Assembly: GCA_964016885.1 (NCBI GenBank)
Contig: OZ024746.1
Location: forward strand, 19,406,001-19,470,000
From: Eledone cirrhosa
Taxonomy: Eukaryota
Direction of reading: 5' to 3'
DNA: 64,000 bases
Part shown: piece by piece, positions 1 through 12,786 of the stretch
How positions within the stretch are numbered: the first letter of the stretch is position 1
Layout: each line of letters starts with the position of its first letter
Position numbers and translations under genes: made by a program
Notes under the pieces: generated by a model
What the model was told of the DNA's origin: nothing
Database searches by the model: none
Seen by the model: the letters and a program-made list of their open reading frames with translations, nothing else

Positions 1-225
1 TGCTCAATCTTCTCTTGTTATTTCGATTCCATATGTGTACAACAAATAAAAGGGAATTTTTGTTATAATGGATTATGTCGTTTTTGTCATTGCCTTCTAA
101 ATCGATAACTATATTAATATCTCCAGCGACACGTAATCCACGTTATACATATATAAAATTATTATGGAAAATATTTAGATAAATATAGTTTTAAATAGAC
201 AATGTTGCATCATATAACCAAAGAC

Positions 226-414
226 AGTTTCTGATTTAGGCACAAGGCCAAACATTTTGGGGGAGAGGGAAAGTCGATTAAATCGATCCCAGTGCATTAC
301 TGGTACTTTATTTTATCAACCCTGTAACTTTGGCTGAATTTGAACACAACGTAAAGGGACGAAACTATATGTCACAAAGTATGTTGACCGACGTCTACCG
401 ATACTGCCAAACCA
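226..414 (-). mobile_element. SINE family A
   Basis: Reverse-complement match to the family A consensus. Confidence 0.8.
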
Positions 415-847
415 CAATCTAAACTATAATAAAGGGAGGAGTGCGGGACAGCGTCCAGAATATATTTTTTTAATCTCGTTTGTAGTATAAGTTAGATTAC
501 TTTGAATAAATAATGAATAAATAATGAATGAATATTACATAATTTATCTAAATTTCGTTATTCTTGATTAAATATAAATAATTTTGTCGCTTATTTTAAG
601 ATTTACTTCTTTAACATTTTCAAATGTCAACACTTCCGGTTAGCGATCGCTTAAATAAACAGTCACAGATTATGTTACTGATTACATAAGACAGTGTAAC
701 GCAGTCTTCGTTCAATTTCTGTGTATATTGTCAATTACGATTTTATTTGATGTATACATGTATATATACTTGTGTATAATATCAATATGCACGCTACACA
801 TGCTAGAAGAAAACAACCCGAAGGCTGGTTTTTCTGCTTGTCTAAAT

Positions 848-1055
848 AATGATTTCTGATTTAGGCACAAGCCGAACAATTTTTGGGGAAGGGGGAAGTA
901 AATTAAATCGACCCCAGTGCGCTATTGGTACTTGATTTTATCGACCTCGTAAGAATGAAAGGCAAAGCTAACCTCGCCGAGATTTGAACTCGGAACGTAA
1001 AGGGACGTAACTTAATGCTACAAAGCATGTTATCCAACGTTCTACCAATTCACCG
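848..1055 (-). mobile_element. SINE family A
   Basis: Reverse-complement match to family A, with CpGs retained. Confidence 0.8.
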
Positions 1056-2221
1056 TATAAAATTGTTAACAAGAAATGTTTTACAGCAATGCATATTTAG
1101 ATATTCGAAAAAATTACCTTGGGATAAAATACATGTTTTAGAATTATAATACAAAGGAATTATAATATGGAAAGCAATATAAATTAAAAAACAAAACAAA
1201 AATGAACCAAGGGAAATAACTCAAATAGCCAATAGCATAAATTTAGATAAATAAGTTAATTACCCTTTATTTATAAGATTCTAAAGTTTAAGTCATTGGG
1301 TCGGGAAGTAACCTAGATGTTCTGCTTTAGTTAAAATATAATAGTGCCAAAACTCTAATAATTGGTTACATCAATTGATTATATAATATTTATATAATTT
1401 GACAAGTTGTGTGTCATGTTTTCAATTGAGGTTAACTGACATGAACTTATCTTTGAAGTTATATTTTTTAAAGATTTTTTCTTCTTTTTTTAAAGGATAA
1501 AAAAAAAACCTTATCAGCGATTTATTGTGTTAACAAGCAACATCGTTTTCATAATTATTCTAAACAGTTTTGAAAATCATCTTTTGTCTTTCACACGAGA
1601 TCACTGCTGGTGAAAAGGGTTAGAAGATTCAAAGAGGGAAATTATCCTAGCTTTGATAATTGTTTAGCCCAGCCTGTGATTAAATGCTTTGATGAAATAC
1701 CACATGCATGCACTGTTTTTGTGAACCAACTGTTCATCACTTCCTAAACAATAATCTGCTTTTCAATTGTTTTTTTTTTGTTTTTTTCAAAGGCATGGGA
1801 AACATTTTACAAGGGTGTAAATTAACCTTATTCTATGTCTGGCCAACTGGGAAAATAGCAATATCTGAACATTACAATCACAATTATCTGATTCTCACAA
1901 AATTCCCTTCTTTATTGAATTGCCCCTTCCAACAAGAATCTCTAACACATGTTATTATTAATAGATGGACTTACTAAAAACAAAACTACCAATTTGATTA
2001 CATAATCATTAGTCATTCGTGCAACATATCGACTCCATCGAATAATTGTGTTAACATTTGATGATGGTTGTTGTTGTTGTAATGATCACATAGTAGCTTG
2101 ACACTGGTGTCACTGAAATACGTATTATCCAATAAATACGATTATGTAACACTATCTGTCTTAACATTCATTTCATACAGCTGATTCTCTTTGACTAGTT
2201 TTATAAATACAAACACGTGTG

Positions 2222-2535
2222 TGAAGGTCGCATGGCTTAGTGGTTAGAACGTTGAGCTCACAATTCTAAGGTTGTGCGTTCAAATCCAAGTGGTGTGTTG
2301 TGCAAAACACTTTATTTCACATTGCTCCAGTTCCCCCAACTGCAGTAATGAGTTATGATGTCAGTAGTGCCAAGCTGTATTCGTCATTGCCTTTCCCTTG
2401 GACAATATCGGTGGAATGGTGAGGGGAGACTGGCAAGTATGGGAGACTGCTGGTCTTCCACAAACAACTTTGCCCGGACTTGTGCCTCAGAGGGGATCTT
2501 TCCAGGTGCAAAACCATAATCATTCGTGACTACAA
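2222..2535 (+). mobile_element. SINE family B, long-tail subfamily
   Basis: Family B head. The tail (TTGCCTTTCCCTTGGACAATATCGG..TCTTCCACAAACAACTTTGCCC) is shared with 24668-24990. Confidence 0.8.
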
Positions 2536-3334
2536 TATGTGTGTGTGTGTTGAGAAAGAGGGCATTAAACATATGAATGTTAAATATAACATATTCTAGT
2601 TAGTCTAATCTGAGACACAAGATCACAAAAGTGCTCAACAAATAGTCAGAAACAAGGATCTATGACAAAGGTCTACATGAATAGATTTAAAATAACCTTT
2701 GGAAAATATAAGAATATAAGAATGTGTGAAAAGTGGTTTGTTTGGACAGGCACCTGACTTTAGGAAGGAACTTGTAACAACATGTCACCAAGTAGCAAAA
2801 GTTGATTACTACAACCTTTAGAAGTACAGCATGAATTCGGATTAGACAGCAGCCCCCCCCCCCCCCCCCCCCCTCCCCAGAAAAAAAAAACTGGAGTAAT
2901 TTATTGAATGGTATGTTTTGGAGCAAATAAATTCTTTGTTGAAGTGAAAGAAACTCTCTCTCCATGTCATCATCATCATTATCATTGTTTAACGTCTATC
3001 TTCCACGCTAGCATGGGTTTAGATGGAAATTGTCCCACGTGAGGCAAGATTGGTTCTCTTGCTCATATAGGACTGTCTGGCGGGTTTTCTAAGGCTAGAT
3101 GCCCTTCCTCACACCAACCACGTTTACAGTGTGGACTGGGAGGTTTTTACCGTGTTACCTACACGGCCACATTACAGCGTGGACTGTGTTTTTTTGTCGT
3201 GACACCTACACAACCTCATTTATTTAGGACTGGATGTTGTGGTACCAACATAACTTTACAGAAAAAGGAGTGGTGTAGATGGGGATGTATTTTTGGTTAA
3301 GAGGTGCCTACTGACTGTAGGTTTTGCTTTGTAC

Positions 3335-3649
3335 TTAGGCAAGGCGAGTCTTCTGTATTACTCTGTAGCGCCAAAGATCTCGGTCTAGTGACATTGTCTT
3401 GGAGAGGTGTAAGTGTGTAAGGTCGGAATTTATCAAATCGTCCCAGGTTTTTCTGGGTCTGCCTACTCCGTAGCTTCCATCTATTTTGATCGCCGTGCAC
3501 TTTTTTATACAGCTGTTGTCTTTCATGCGCATCACGTTATCATACCAATGTAGTCTTCTCTCGAGTAAACAGCATCTGATCCCCCTTATTCCTAATTTTT
3601 CACTTAGTTCATTTATGCTTTGCCATTCACGTATATTACTATTACACAT
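3335..3649 (-). mobile_element. RTE-clade LINE 3' fragment
   Basis: ERRLHWYDNVMRM..GRPRKTWDD..DRDLWR, the typical RTE ORF C-terminus. Confidence 0.8.
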
Positions 3650-3863
3650 CCATATATATAAGCAATATTAACTATAACCTCGTCAATATATATTTCAAAA
3701 CCCTAATTAATAGCATAAACAATATTCACTTTACAATGGCATATAGTAAAATGTCAACTACCATTTCTAGACATTCCAATAAAGAAAGACACAAACATTG
3801 AAACTCCCAATAAAAATGAGACAATATTTTGCCAAGTTTCCCCAACTTCAAAATTCTATGAAT

Positions 3864-4098
3864 CACTTTGGAGATGAATATTACACCGGTTTTACTTAGG
3901 TGACTATTACATCAGTTTCACTTCGGAGGTGAATATTACACCAGTTTCACTTTGGAGGTGAATATTACACCAGTTTTATTTTGGAGGTGAATATTACACC
4001 AGTTTTATTTTGGAGGTGAATATTACATCAGTTTTATTTTGGAGATGAATATTACATCAGTTTTATTTTGGAGATGAATATTACACCAGTTTCACTTT
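3864..4098. repeat. 29-bp minisatellite, ~8 copies
   Basis: Unit TGGAGGTGAATATTACACCAGTTTYAYTT, contiguous with no spacers. Confidence 0.9.
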
Positions 4099-4426
4099 CA
4101 TTGAAAATTTTGTTTTGAACGAATATGGCCTTCTAAATGGTCAAAATTTGGTAAAAAAAATCATTCCATAATGGAGTTGTGGAACAAAAACTATATTCTA
4201 AATGACACTTAAAACATTAAAAACTTCTTCATGAGAATTTCTAAATAGTCCAGCTGATGCGAGTGTGGAAAAACGAATGTAAAAATGATGATGATTTCGA
4301 TGATGATGATGACTTCCAGCAGAAAGAGTTGGAGATTATTGAAACCATCGTGGTTATAAGTTACGATTAGTATGACTAAACTGAACAAAAAACTTTAAAT
4401 TTAGTATCATAAAACATGAATGCGCA

Positions 4427-4519
4427 TCATATAAAAGTATATATATATATATATATACCATATAAAAGTATATATACCATATAAAAGTATATATATATAT
4501 ATATATATACCATATAAAA

Positions 4520-4554
<35 letters not shown>

Positions 4555-4782
4555 ATATAAAAGTATATATATATATCATCATCATCATCATCGTTTAACG
4601 TCCGTGTTCCATGCTTGCATGGGTTTGGACGGGAGTTTTCCCACTTGAGGCAAGAGTGGTTGTCTTGCTCGCATAGGACTGTCTGGCGGGTTTTCTACAG
4701 TTGGATGCCCTTCCTAACACCAACCACATTTACATACCATATAAAAGTATATATATATATATATATATATACCATATAAAAG

Positions 4783-4813
<31 letters not shown>

Positions 4814-4910
4814 TATATATATATATATATACCATATAAAAGTATATATATATATATATACCATATAAAAGCATATATATATATATACCATATAAAAGCA
4901 TATATATATA

Positions 4911-4943
<33 letters not shown>

Positions 4944-4964
4944 ATATAAAAGTATATATATATA

Positions 4965-4995
<31 letters not shown>
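4427..4995. repeat. Compound satellite CCATATAAAAG-(TA)n, ~11 units, interrupted by a family C fragment (4577-4733)
   Basis: A fixed 11-mer separated by TA runs of variable length. Confidence 0.88.
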
Positions 4996-5000
<5 letters not shown>

Positions 5001-6882
5001 TCAGCACATGCCAAATGATGATATATGGTCACATGCAACACATTTTCAATAGTTTTATAACAACAAATGTTGTGAAAGCTATTCATAAACATTTTTGAAA
5101 AGAGGAATTGATTCAATACAGAGATTAAATAAAATGAAATCTGTTCCTCAAACTCTACTGATGGCAAAGTATCTGCTTAGAATACATCATAATATAATTT
5201 TATAATAGTTGAGAAAATATAGCCCCAGCTATTGAAAATATACACAAGTCAAACATTTTTGCTGTTTAAATAAATAAATATATATATGTGTGTCAAGGTC
5301 ACATCTAGTGAACAATTCATTTCACTATCAACAATCAATAAAAAAAAAACCAAAAGAAAAACCACTTCAATTAGTTTCAAAATAATTTCCAGGTGCACAA
5401 CAATTAGTGGAGGTGTGAGGCCTAGTGGTAAAGGTGTTGGACTTATGATCATAATATCATGGGTTTGATTCCTGGACTGGGTTGTGTGTTGTGTTTTGAG
5501 CAAACCATTTCATTTCATGTTGCTCCAGTATACTCAGCTGAAAATTAGTACCGGCAGCAATAGGTGGGTTTAAGTCTGAAATGGGAGATCAGTAGCCCCG
5601 CTTCAGTACTGACTTGGTCTATGTAGACCTGTCTAACCCTTGTTAGCAGGGAACGTGGATGGTAAAACAACAATGATGATGGCCAACATATGCCTACATT
5701 GAAAAGCGGTTTTAAAGATGTTAGTGATGATGTATTTACCATTCTCAACTAGAATTGGTGAATCAGAAATAAGAGAAAGTGAAAAATAAAATTTTAAAAT
5801 AATTTTTCAAAGTGTTTCCAAAAAGTAAATGTAATTAAAAAATTATACAAATATGTAACAAATATCTCTGAAAAATTAGGTTTAACTTTCAAAGTTCAAT
5901 TATTCTATTTTACATAACAAAAGCTATGTACTCTAATTACATAAATAGATATAAATTATGCTGGATGAGGTATACTATTTTCACACAAGCCCCATAACCC
6001 CAACCCATTGATAAGCATTACTCTAAATGTTTCTATTTTATTTAGTCCTTGGGCATTTTTTAGAGTTAGTCTAAGTTTTGAGAAAAAGATTATTGTAAGA
6101 TGAGTTCTTGCAATATTTCAACCAATCTGCTTTGCTATTGTTTCCTTATGTAACAAGTGCAGAGGAAAACTGAACCAACTTTATGAGGTCACTAACATAA
6201 TCCATATATTTAGAATTTACAATTCAAAAGTTATTGGCTAATTGTTAGTTAAGCTAAGATTACTCGCCACACACACACACACACATATATATATTATGAG
6301 CGAGTCATGGTCACCCAACCCAACTTGCTTCTAAATTGGACAAACCTGTCTAACCCATGCTAGTGTGGAAGATAGATGTTAATCGATGATGATGATATAT
6401 AAAAATGTATTTGTGAGTTTTATATTGAATAATAATAATAAAATAATAATATTAATATTTGATTCGTTTGCAAGCAAACAGCCTCATAACGCAATACATA
6501 TATATATACACACACACAAAATATTGTTAAGAGAGAGTTACTTTTAAATAATCACCCCCTTACACACACGCAATGTTGGTAACATGAGAAAAAGAACCTA
6601 TCCCATCCTGTAAGGTGGAAGTGCTGGTGCTACAACAAAAAGCACCCAGTCCCACTCTGTAAGGTGACTGGCCTTAGGAAGTTCACCCAGCTGTAGAAAA
6701 CCAGGTCAAACAGATTGTATGAGTAAGACATGGTCACCTGACCTCCCTGGTCATATGACAGCCTGTGTAACCCATGCAAGCATGGGAAAATAGACATTAA
6801 ATGGTGATGATTATATATACATATATAACTTTATCATACACTTTGGCTGCTAGTGCAATTCTTACTTCTTACTATATATATT

Positions 6883-7150
6883 TATTTAATTAGAAAGTGA
6901 ACAACACAATATATAATTACTCCATAACCAAAGGTTTCAGGACACCTAGACAATAATAACATATGTCTAGGTCGTTCATCAGAAAGAGGGATTAGGGAGC
7001 AACCTAGACATATGTTATTATTGTCTAGGGTCCTGAAACCTTTGGTTATGGAGTAATTATATATTGTGTTGTTCACTTTCTAATTAAATAGCTCTGTTTT
7101 ATACATAGAGCACTCTTTTTCCCTTTGCTTTTTCTTTGGAAATACTTAAC
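6883..7150 (+). mobile_element. Penelope-like pseudo-LTR relic with a ~90-bp inverted duplication
   Basis: Arms 6883-6972 and 7002-7090 are reverse complements with 1 indel. Contains a hammerhead core and a 3' hairpin at 7091-7111. TA/CA-repeat flanks. Confidence 0.6.
6920..6988 (-). ncRNA. Degenerate type I hammerhead motif in a foldback insert
   Basis: Minus strand: CTCTTT-CTGATGA-acga CCTAGACA..TGTCTAGG tgtcct-GAAA-CC ttt GG-TT-ATGGAG. Same family as 16798-16871. GUU site and imperfect stem I. Confidence 0.6.
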
Positions 7151-7558
7151 ACACACACATATATATATTGGAAAATGTGTGAAATCCTTGGTACAGTTAG
7201 GTATATTTAAAAAAAAGGAAAAGAATGACTTTACTTGTAGTTCTAAACAATTTAATTTAATTTTATAATATTATGATTTTACAATTTGGTTTTGTAGATC
7301 TAGTAAGTTCTTTGTTAACTTTGGTAGAGAGATTTTTAAAGATTCCTGGTTAACTTTCCTGGAGAACTTTCTTGCATTCGTCGGTGGCGATTGTCAAACT
7401 GATCTCAGGTTGTGTTGTGATGTGTGACTCTATATATAAGAGTGTGGGAGTGAAGGAATGTTGAAGATTTAAAGGAATTAAAGCATATACATATATACAC
7501 ACACACAACATAATCTGCATGTGTTGGCTGTTCATGTAATTTGATAGGTACTGCAATT

Positions 7559-7981
7559 CTAATGATCAACAATATCAATCCCTACCAACTCAATTCTGCT
7601 TTTGCCTTTTTTCATTTCATTCAATAATTTATACCTTGATTTAATTGTCCTCCAATCAAGAGTTTTCTCTTCATATAGATTTAAATCTAAACCCAGACCT
7701 TTTACATATTCCTTAATACAAGCTTTATACCTTTTATTAGGCTTATGTTGTGGTCTTTTTCCTTGCACAAGACCACCATAAAAGATTTCCTTTGAAATAC
7801 TTGCATCATTCATGTGAACAAGATGGCTTACCCAGAGCACCTGACTCTTAATAACAAGAGAACTGATTGTGGAGTACTCTGATCTTTGTAAAACTTCAGT
7901 GTCAGAGGTCATGCCAAAGGTACTTTTGGTGGAATTATTCAAGTATTTTGAAATGCCATTAGTGAATAGTCCATGTTTCAC
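7559..7981 (-). mobile_element. RTE/BovB-like LINE 3' fragment
   Basis: QVLWVSHLVHMNDASISKEIFYGGLVQGKRPQHKPNKRYKACIK matches the RTE motif LRW.GHV.RM...R.PK..LYGEL..G.R. Confidence 0.75.
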
Positions 7982-9302
7982 ATCTATATAACAAAACTAA
8001 GCACACACGTCTCATACAGTTATTTTTGTCCTTAATGTTATGCCTCTGTCTAACCACACACCCGTTTCACAATTTTCTAAATGCAGTGTTTTGCTGTTTG
8101 TACTTGAAGATGTTATTCTGCATTTAAACTCCCATCCCTTGACAGAGTACAACCCAGATATACAAAAATTATCCACTACTGCCAACCTACACACACCCAC
8201 ACACACATTCATATATATTTAAGCTAACTTTCATGTTTTCTTATTCAATGAATTTGGTGAAATATAACACAAAGTAAATAACATTATAAAAGTTAGAAGA
8301 GAGTTATTTTTTCTTTATGAGTTTATCTACAGCTAGTGCGGTGTGGGGGTGAAGGTGATTATAAAACATCTCTCCCCTTTTCTTTCTTCCATTGCCTAAT
8401 CTTTCTCTCCTTTTCCTCTCATTTATGACATTTACAGTCCTTTCCTTTACAGCCAGATTTACCCTTCTTTATCCCTTCCTTTTTTTTTCATTACTTAATT
8501 TTATTAATATCCTTTTTTTAAAAATATGATCCTTAATTGATTTTCCCCAGAGCTTGGACAGCTATATTTGCAATTTATTTCCCTCACCGATGGAATTCAT
8601 ATCGATATATGATCAAATACAATTATTCATTTATGTATGTTTCCATGATTATAAGAGAAGTTTTATATTATTTTCTCCTAAAAACATAAAGGCCTATTTT
8701 GGGCTTATTTTCGGGGTGATGTCTGTTCAATAAAGACAGAGTATTAAATTTAAAAAAAAAAAAAAAAATTTAGAGCAAGAAATGAAGTTGCTAATAATTG
8801 TTTTGCTTAAACAATAACCTTTTCTTTCAACAGAAATGTTTAATATATATTTTATAATTTATTTTTGAATTAAGATAACATAGCAGTAAGATTTCTGCTA
8901 AAATGTCTACCACTTTTCTCCACAGAATGTAAAGCACTGTCTTTGATTTGATATTTTATTCATTGTTCACTGTCATGTAAAGATAAAAGTCAATCTAAAG
9001 ACGGCTCCACAAAACTCTGTCAAGTAATTGACTAGTCATTAATATCAACAGTGTAAGAAAATAACAAGTTCTTTTAAATTACAAGAAACAGGTCAAAGAT
9101 GGCTTCAACTTTGTTGGTCTGCAGAATGACTATCTACAAGTTTTACAACAACTTCACTTTAATTTTATTGTCATATTAATTTTTACATTTTTTAAATTTT
9201 ATTTTGAATAATAATAATAAAAAAAAGTAGCTTAACATCTCACTGAAATATGATTAGTAGTTGATGGAGAAAACATTGATTCTAGTTGTTGAAACAATAA
9301 TA

Positions 9303-10062
9303 TATTTGTAAGTCACATGTTATTAATAGCTGTCAACTCCTAGTGACAACATGGTGTGTTTGGCTACCAACTCAGGCTTCGCTACTCGCCAGTCTGAAGA
9401 GGGAAAACTGTCCGAGTATCGGCCGCTCTCTGATAGGTTTCTGGTAGAGCTTATGGTAGTGGAAACTTCCGATGTTCTTGACCCCCATCCCTCCCAGACG
9501 ACATTCCTGTTCACTGCTATTAGAGCGGAGATAGTTACCTGCATGTACAAGCCCTGCGAGCTGGAGTGACTGTTCTAACATGTCTCCCTCGTGGTCTTCT
9601 GGGGCAATATCTTCTTTATCCTGTCAGCTGGGACCACAAAGTGGACTAACCCTTAGTTTGTGGTGGTGACATGTGGAATAAATTTACTTTTAGAAGCATG
9701 AGTAGGGAACATATCACTTCCTTATTGTTTAGTTCAACAATGGCGGCAGATTGGCAGAATTGGTAGAGTATCGGGTAACATGCTTTGCAGCATACAGTTA
9801 TGTTCCTGGATGTTCTGAGTTAAAATCTTACCATGGTTACCTTTGCTTTTCATCCTTATGGAGTTGATAAAATAAAATACCAGTAATGCACTGTTGTGGA
9901 TTTAATTGACTTTCACCTCCCCGAAAATTGTTGGCCTTGTGCCTAAATCAGAAACCATTATCGTTTAATTCAATTTGTTAATGCTTTCATGACTGAACAC
10001 TTGCCTTGCCAGTGGTTGAAACTAACAGTTGACAGCTGCTAATAACATGTGACTTACAAATA
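9303..10062. mobile_element. Putative element bounded by 36-bp inverted repeats, with a nested SINE
   Basis: TATTTGTAAGTCACATGTTATTAATAGCTGTCAACT recurs inverted at 10027-10062 with 2 mismatches. The interior 9340-9670 is GC-richer. Confidence 0.5.
9740..9960 (+). mobile_element. SINE family A
   Basis: Family A match with degenerate TSD TTAT(T/C)GTTTA(G/A)TTCAA. Confidence 0.8.
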
Positions 10063-10311
10063 AAGCCAGTTGGACTTAAAGCAACTTTTCTAACACCTGA
10101 GAAAATAATAAAACTAAAATTAAAATATGACCTCTTCAGAAGAATTAATTTTTAGTCTAGAAATATCAAGATAAGAGAAAGAAATATAGCACCTGCAATT
10201 GAGATAAACAAAGTTGATATACTTATTTTATAACTTGATATTCTATATTTCTTTCTCTTATGCTATCATATTAACCTCTTTGATACCAAACTGCATGAAA
10301 CCACTAACTAC

Positions 10312-10342
<31 letters not shown>

Positions 10343-11510
10343 ACATATCAGTTCTACTATACCAAGTTGTTTATTTTAAGTGTTTACATTTGTTTATAAT
10401 CCTTTCATCACAATTTTATATAATAATTTTTATTATGTTCCAAACACCTGCTGAATAAAGAGAAAGTTATATTACTACATCTTTGCAAATTCTTGATTAT
10501 TCTCAAAATTACAGACAGTGCCTTTCATTAGAAATATTGTAAAAATGAGTTAAGTACTATAAAGGTGTTTATGCAGGTGTGGTGAGCTGCATATATTCTA
10601 GCCGTTAGAAAAAGCAAAATGAATGCTTTGCCTTCAAAAGAGGGATGACTCAAAAAAAAGAAGAATATAAAGTATATAATTATATTCTACCATAGTGACT
10701 GCGAAGGTCATAAGATCAAACCTTGTCATAGTTACTGGCTTTGTTTTTAATCTTAACCATTCTCACCTCACTGTTGAGTGATTAACATCCAAAAGTTAAA
10801 AACAAATACTTCAGCAATTGATCTGTAAAATATCCAAATACATAGAAGCCTTCCACTTTTACTGTCATAAGAAAATAATTTGATGTAAAATTTCAGACAT
10901 ACTAATTAAGAATATCATTACAAATGCAACATCAATATTTTAACAGATTGCTGAACTTGTGCTGGATTAGAAATAAATATTTTAACAGATCAAATAGGCC
11001 TGATTGAGACTAACCCTTTAATTACCATTTTTTCTAATGATAGACACTGCCTATGGTTTTCAAAGAATTTTCAAAATCAAGAATTTGAAGGGAATTAGTT
11101 AAACATTGTTTCCTTGGTTCGATTTGACAAGTTCCATCCCACTTAATAAACAAATGAGGGCTGAAATCTTGTTGATCGATTGATAAAAGTGATATAACTA
11201 ACTTTTTCATAATGTATCTGGTGTCTGGAACATAACTTAACAAAGGTTCTCACACAAAAGTATGATGTTAGGTTTTCAGATGTGTGTATCCAGTTTAGAA
11301 TAGGTACATCATATCTGTGTGTGTTATAAAATGTGAAGAAAAGGGTTAGTGTCAGGGGAAGCATCCGTCTGTAAAAAATTACCTTAAAAAAGTCCCCTCC
11401 AACCTATGCCAACATGGAAATAACGACAGCAATGATCATGACGACAACAATAACATTTTAAAATAAACATTTTTATAAACAAAGAAGCCGATCTTTCTAA
11501 CTTTGCTAAG

Positions 11511-11690
11511 AATATAAAGAATGGTGTGCTCGTGTGCAGAGGTGCTATAAAATAGGGTGAAGACCCTTAAAAGACGGAAGTTACCATTGGCTGCTGGCAA
11601 CTCATTTTTCCATCTTTTAAGGGTGTTAACCCTATTTTATAAGCTATTTTATCACATCTCTGCACATGAGCACATCATTCATTATATTAA
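11511..11690. mobile_element. Foldback MITE (family of 3 copies)
   Basis: AATATAAAGAATGGTGTGCTC..TATAAAATAGGGT..CCCTTAAAAGA is mirrored at the right end. Copies at ~17561-17715 and a partial copy at ~35790-35890. Confidence 0.7.
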
Positions 11691-12549
11691 ACAATTTTGA
11701 ATTGTAAAACCAGGGATGATTTCAAGTGGTTTGGTATCAAATAGGTAAAAACATCACAAGATAAAACAATACATGACAATTAACTGATGATCATGCTTCC
11801 TGCAAAGATGAACTGTATCATATTACATGATTTATTTACAGTTAAGTGCATGGGAGCATTGGGGTTAACAATCACAAGCCTTTGCCATTGATACAGTGTT
11901 TGATAGACTTGGCAAGGTTAACTCCACAAGTAAACCACTCTATTCTTTAAACTTTTAACTATGCTTGTCGATGTGTTTTAATATCCCACAGGAGTGAAAT
12001 TAATGTATTAATGTAGATATTTTCTAATTCAATGTTCAATGGTCAGTAACTTAAAAGACATTAATGGTTTAGTGTTTCTATGGTAAATAATTAACGAGAG
12101 GTGACAAAATAATTACATAGCAAAGTGTTTTTTTTTTATCTTTTATTGACTTCATATTTCTTTAACAGACATCCTACCGTCCTAGCTGACCTCCATCCTA
12201 GCTGACCACCATCCTAGCTGACCACCATCCCACCCCACCCACCATCCCAGCCACCCACCTAACCATTACTTGTTTACATCATTATTTAAGTTTGTTACAT
12301 TTCATTCTCACAGCATGACATATACAAATAAATCAATAAGTGACACTAATACCTATAAATGATTGATACTAATATATTATTAATATGTTGATTAATTACT
12401 TATCACTTTATCAATAAATAACATCATATTACATCAACTCCGCCACCCTAATATCTAATACATTCTCAATAAAAACAACAACAATCTAGGAATGGTTCGG
12501 AAATTTATTAGTAAAGCAATAAAAAGAAAGGCATTGAACTGATATTGAT

Positions 12550-12786
12550 AATGGTTTCTGGTTTAGACACAAAGCCAACAATTTTTGGGGACGGGGAAAA
12601 TTGATTAAATTGATCCAGTGCATTACAGGTTATTTATTTATTTATTTTATCCCCCCACCTCCTCCCATAAGAATAAAAGGCAAAGCTAACCTCAGCAGGA
12701 TTTGAACTCAGACTGTAAAGAGACGTAACTATATGCCACAAAGCATGTTGTCCGACGCTCTACCGATACTGCCAATTCACTGCCCT
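12550..12786 (-). mobile_element. SINE family A
   Basis: Family A match with degenerate TSD TTGAACT(G/A)ATATT(G/A)ATAAT. Confidence 0.8.

Noticed and set aside
3864-4098. 29-bp repeats of CRISPR-like length
   Set aside because: Units are contiguous with no unique spacers, there are no cas genes, and the context is eukaryotic.
4695-5167. Long YIYI, VCVC and poly-I/S/H ORFs (also 19773-20271, 22571-23049, 33441-33706)
   Set aside because: These are translations of stop-free microsatellites, not genes.
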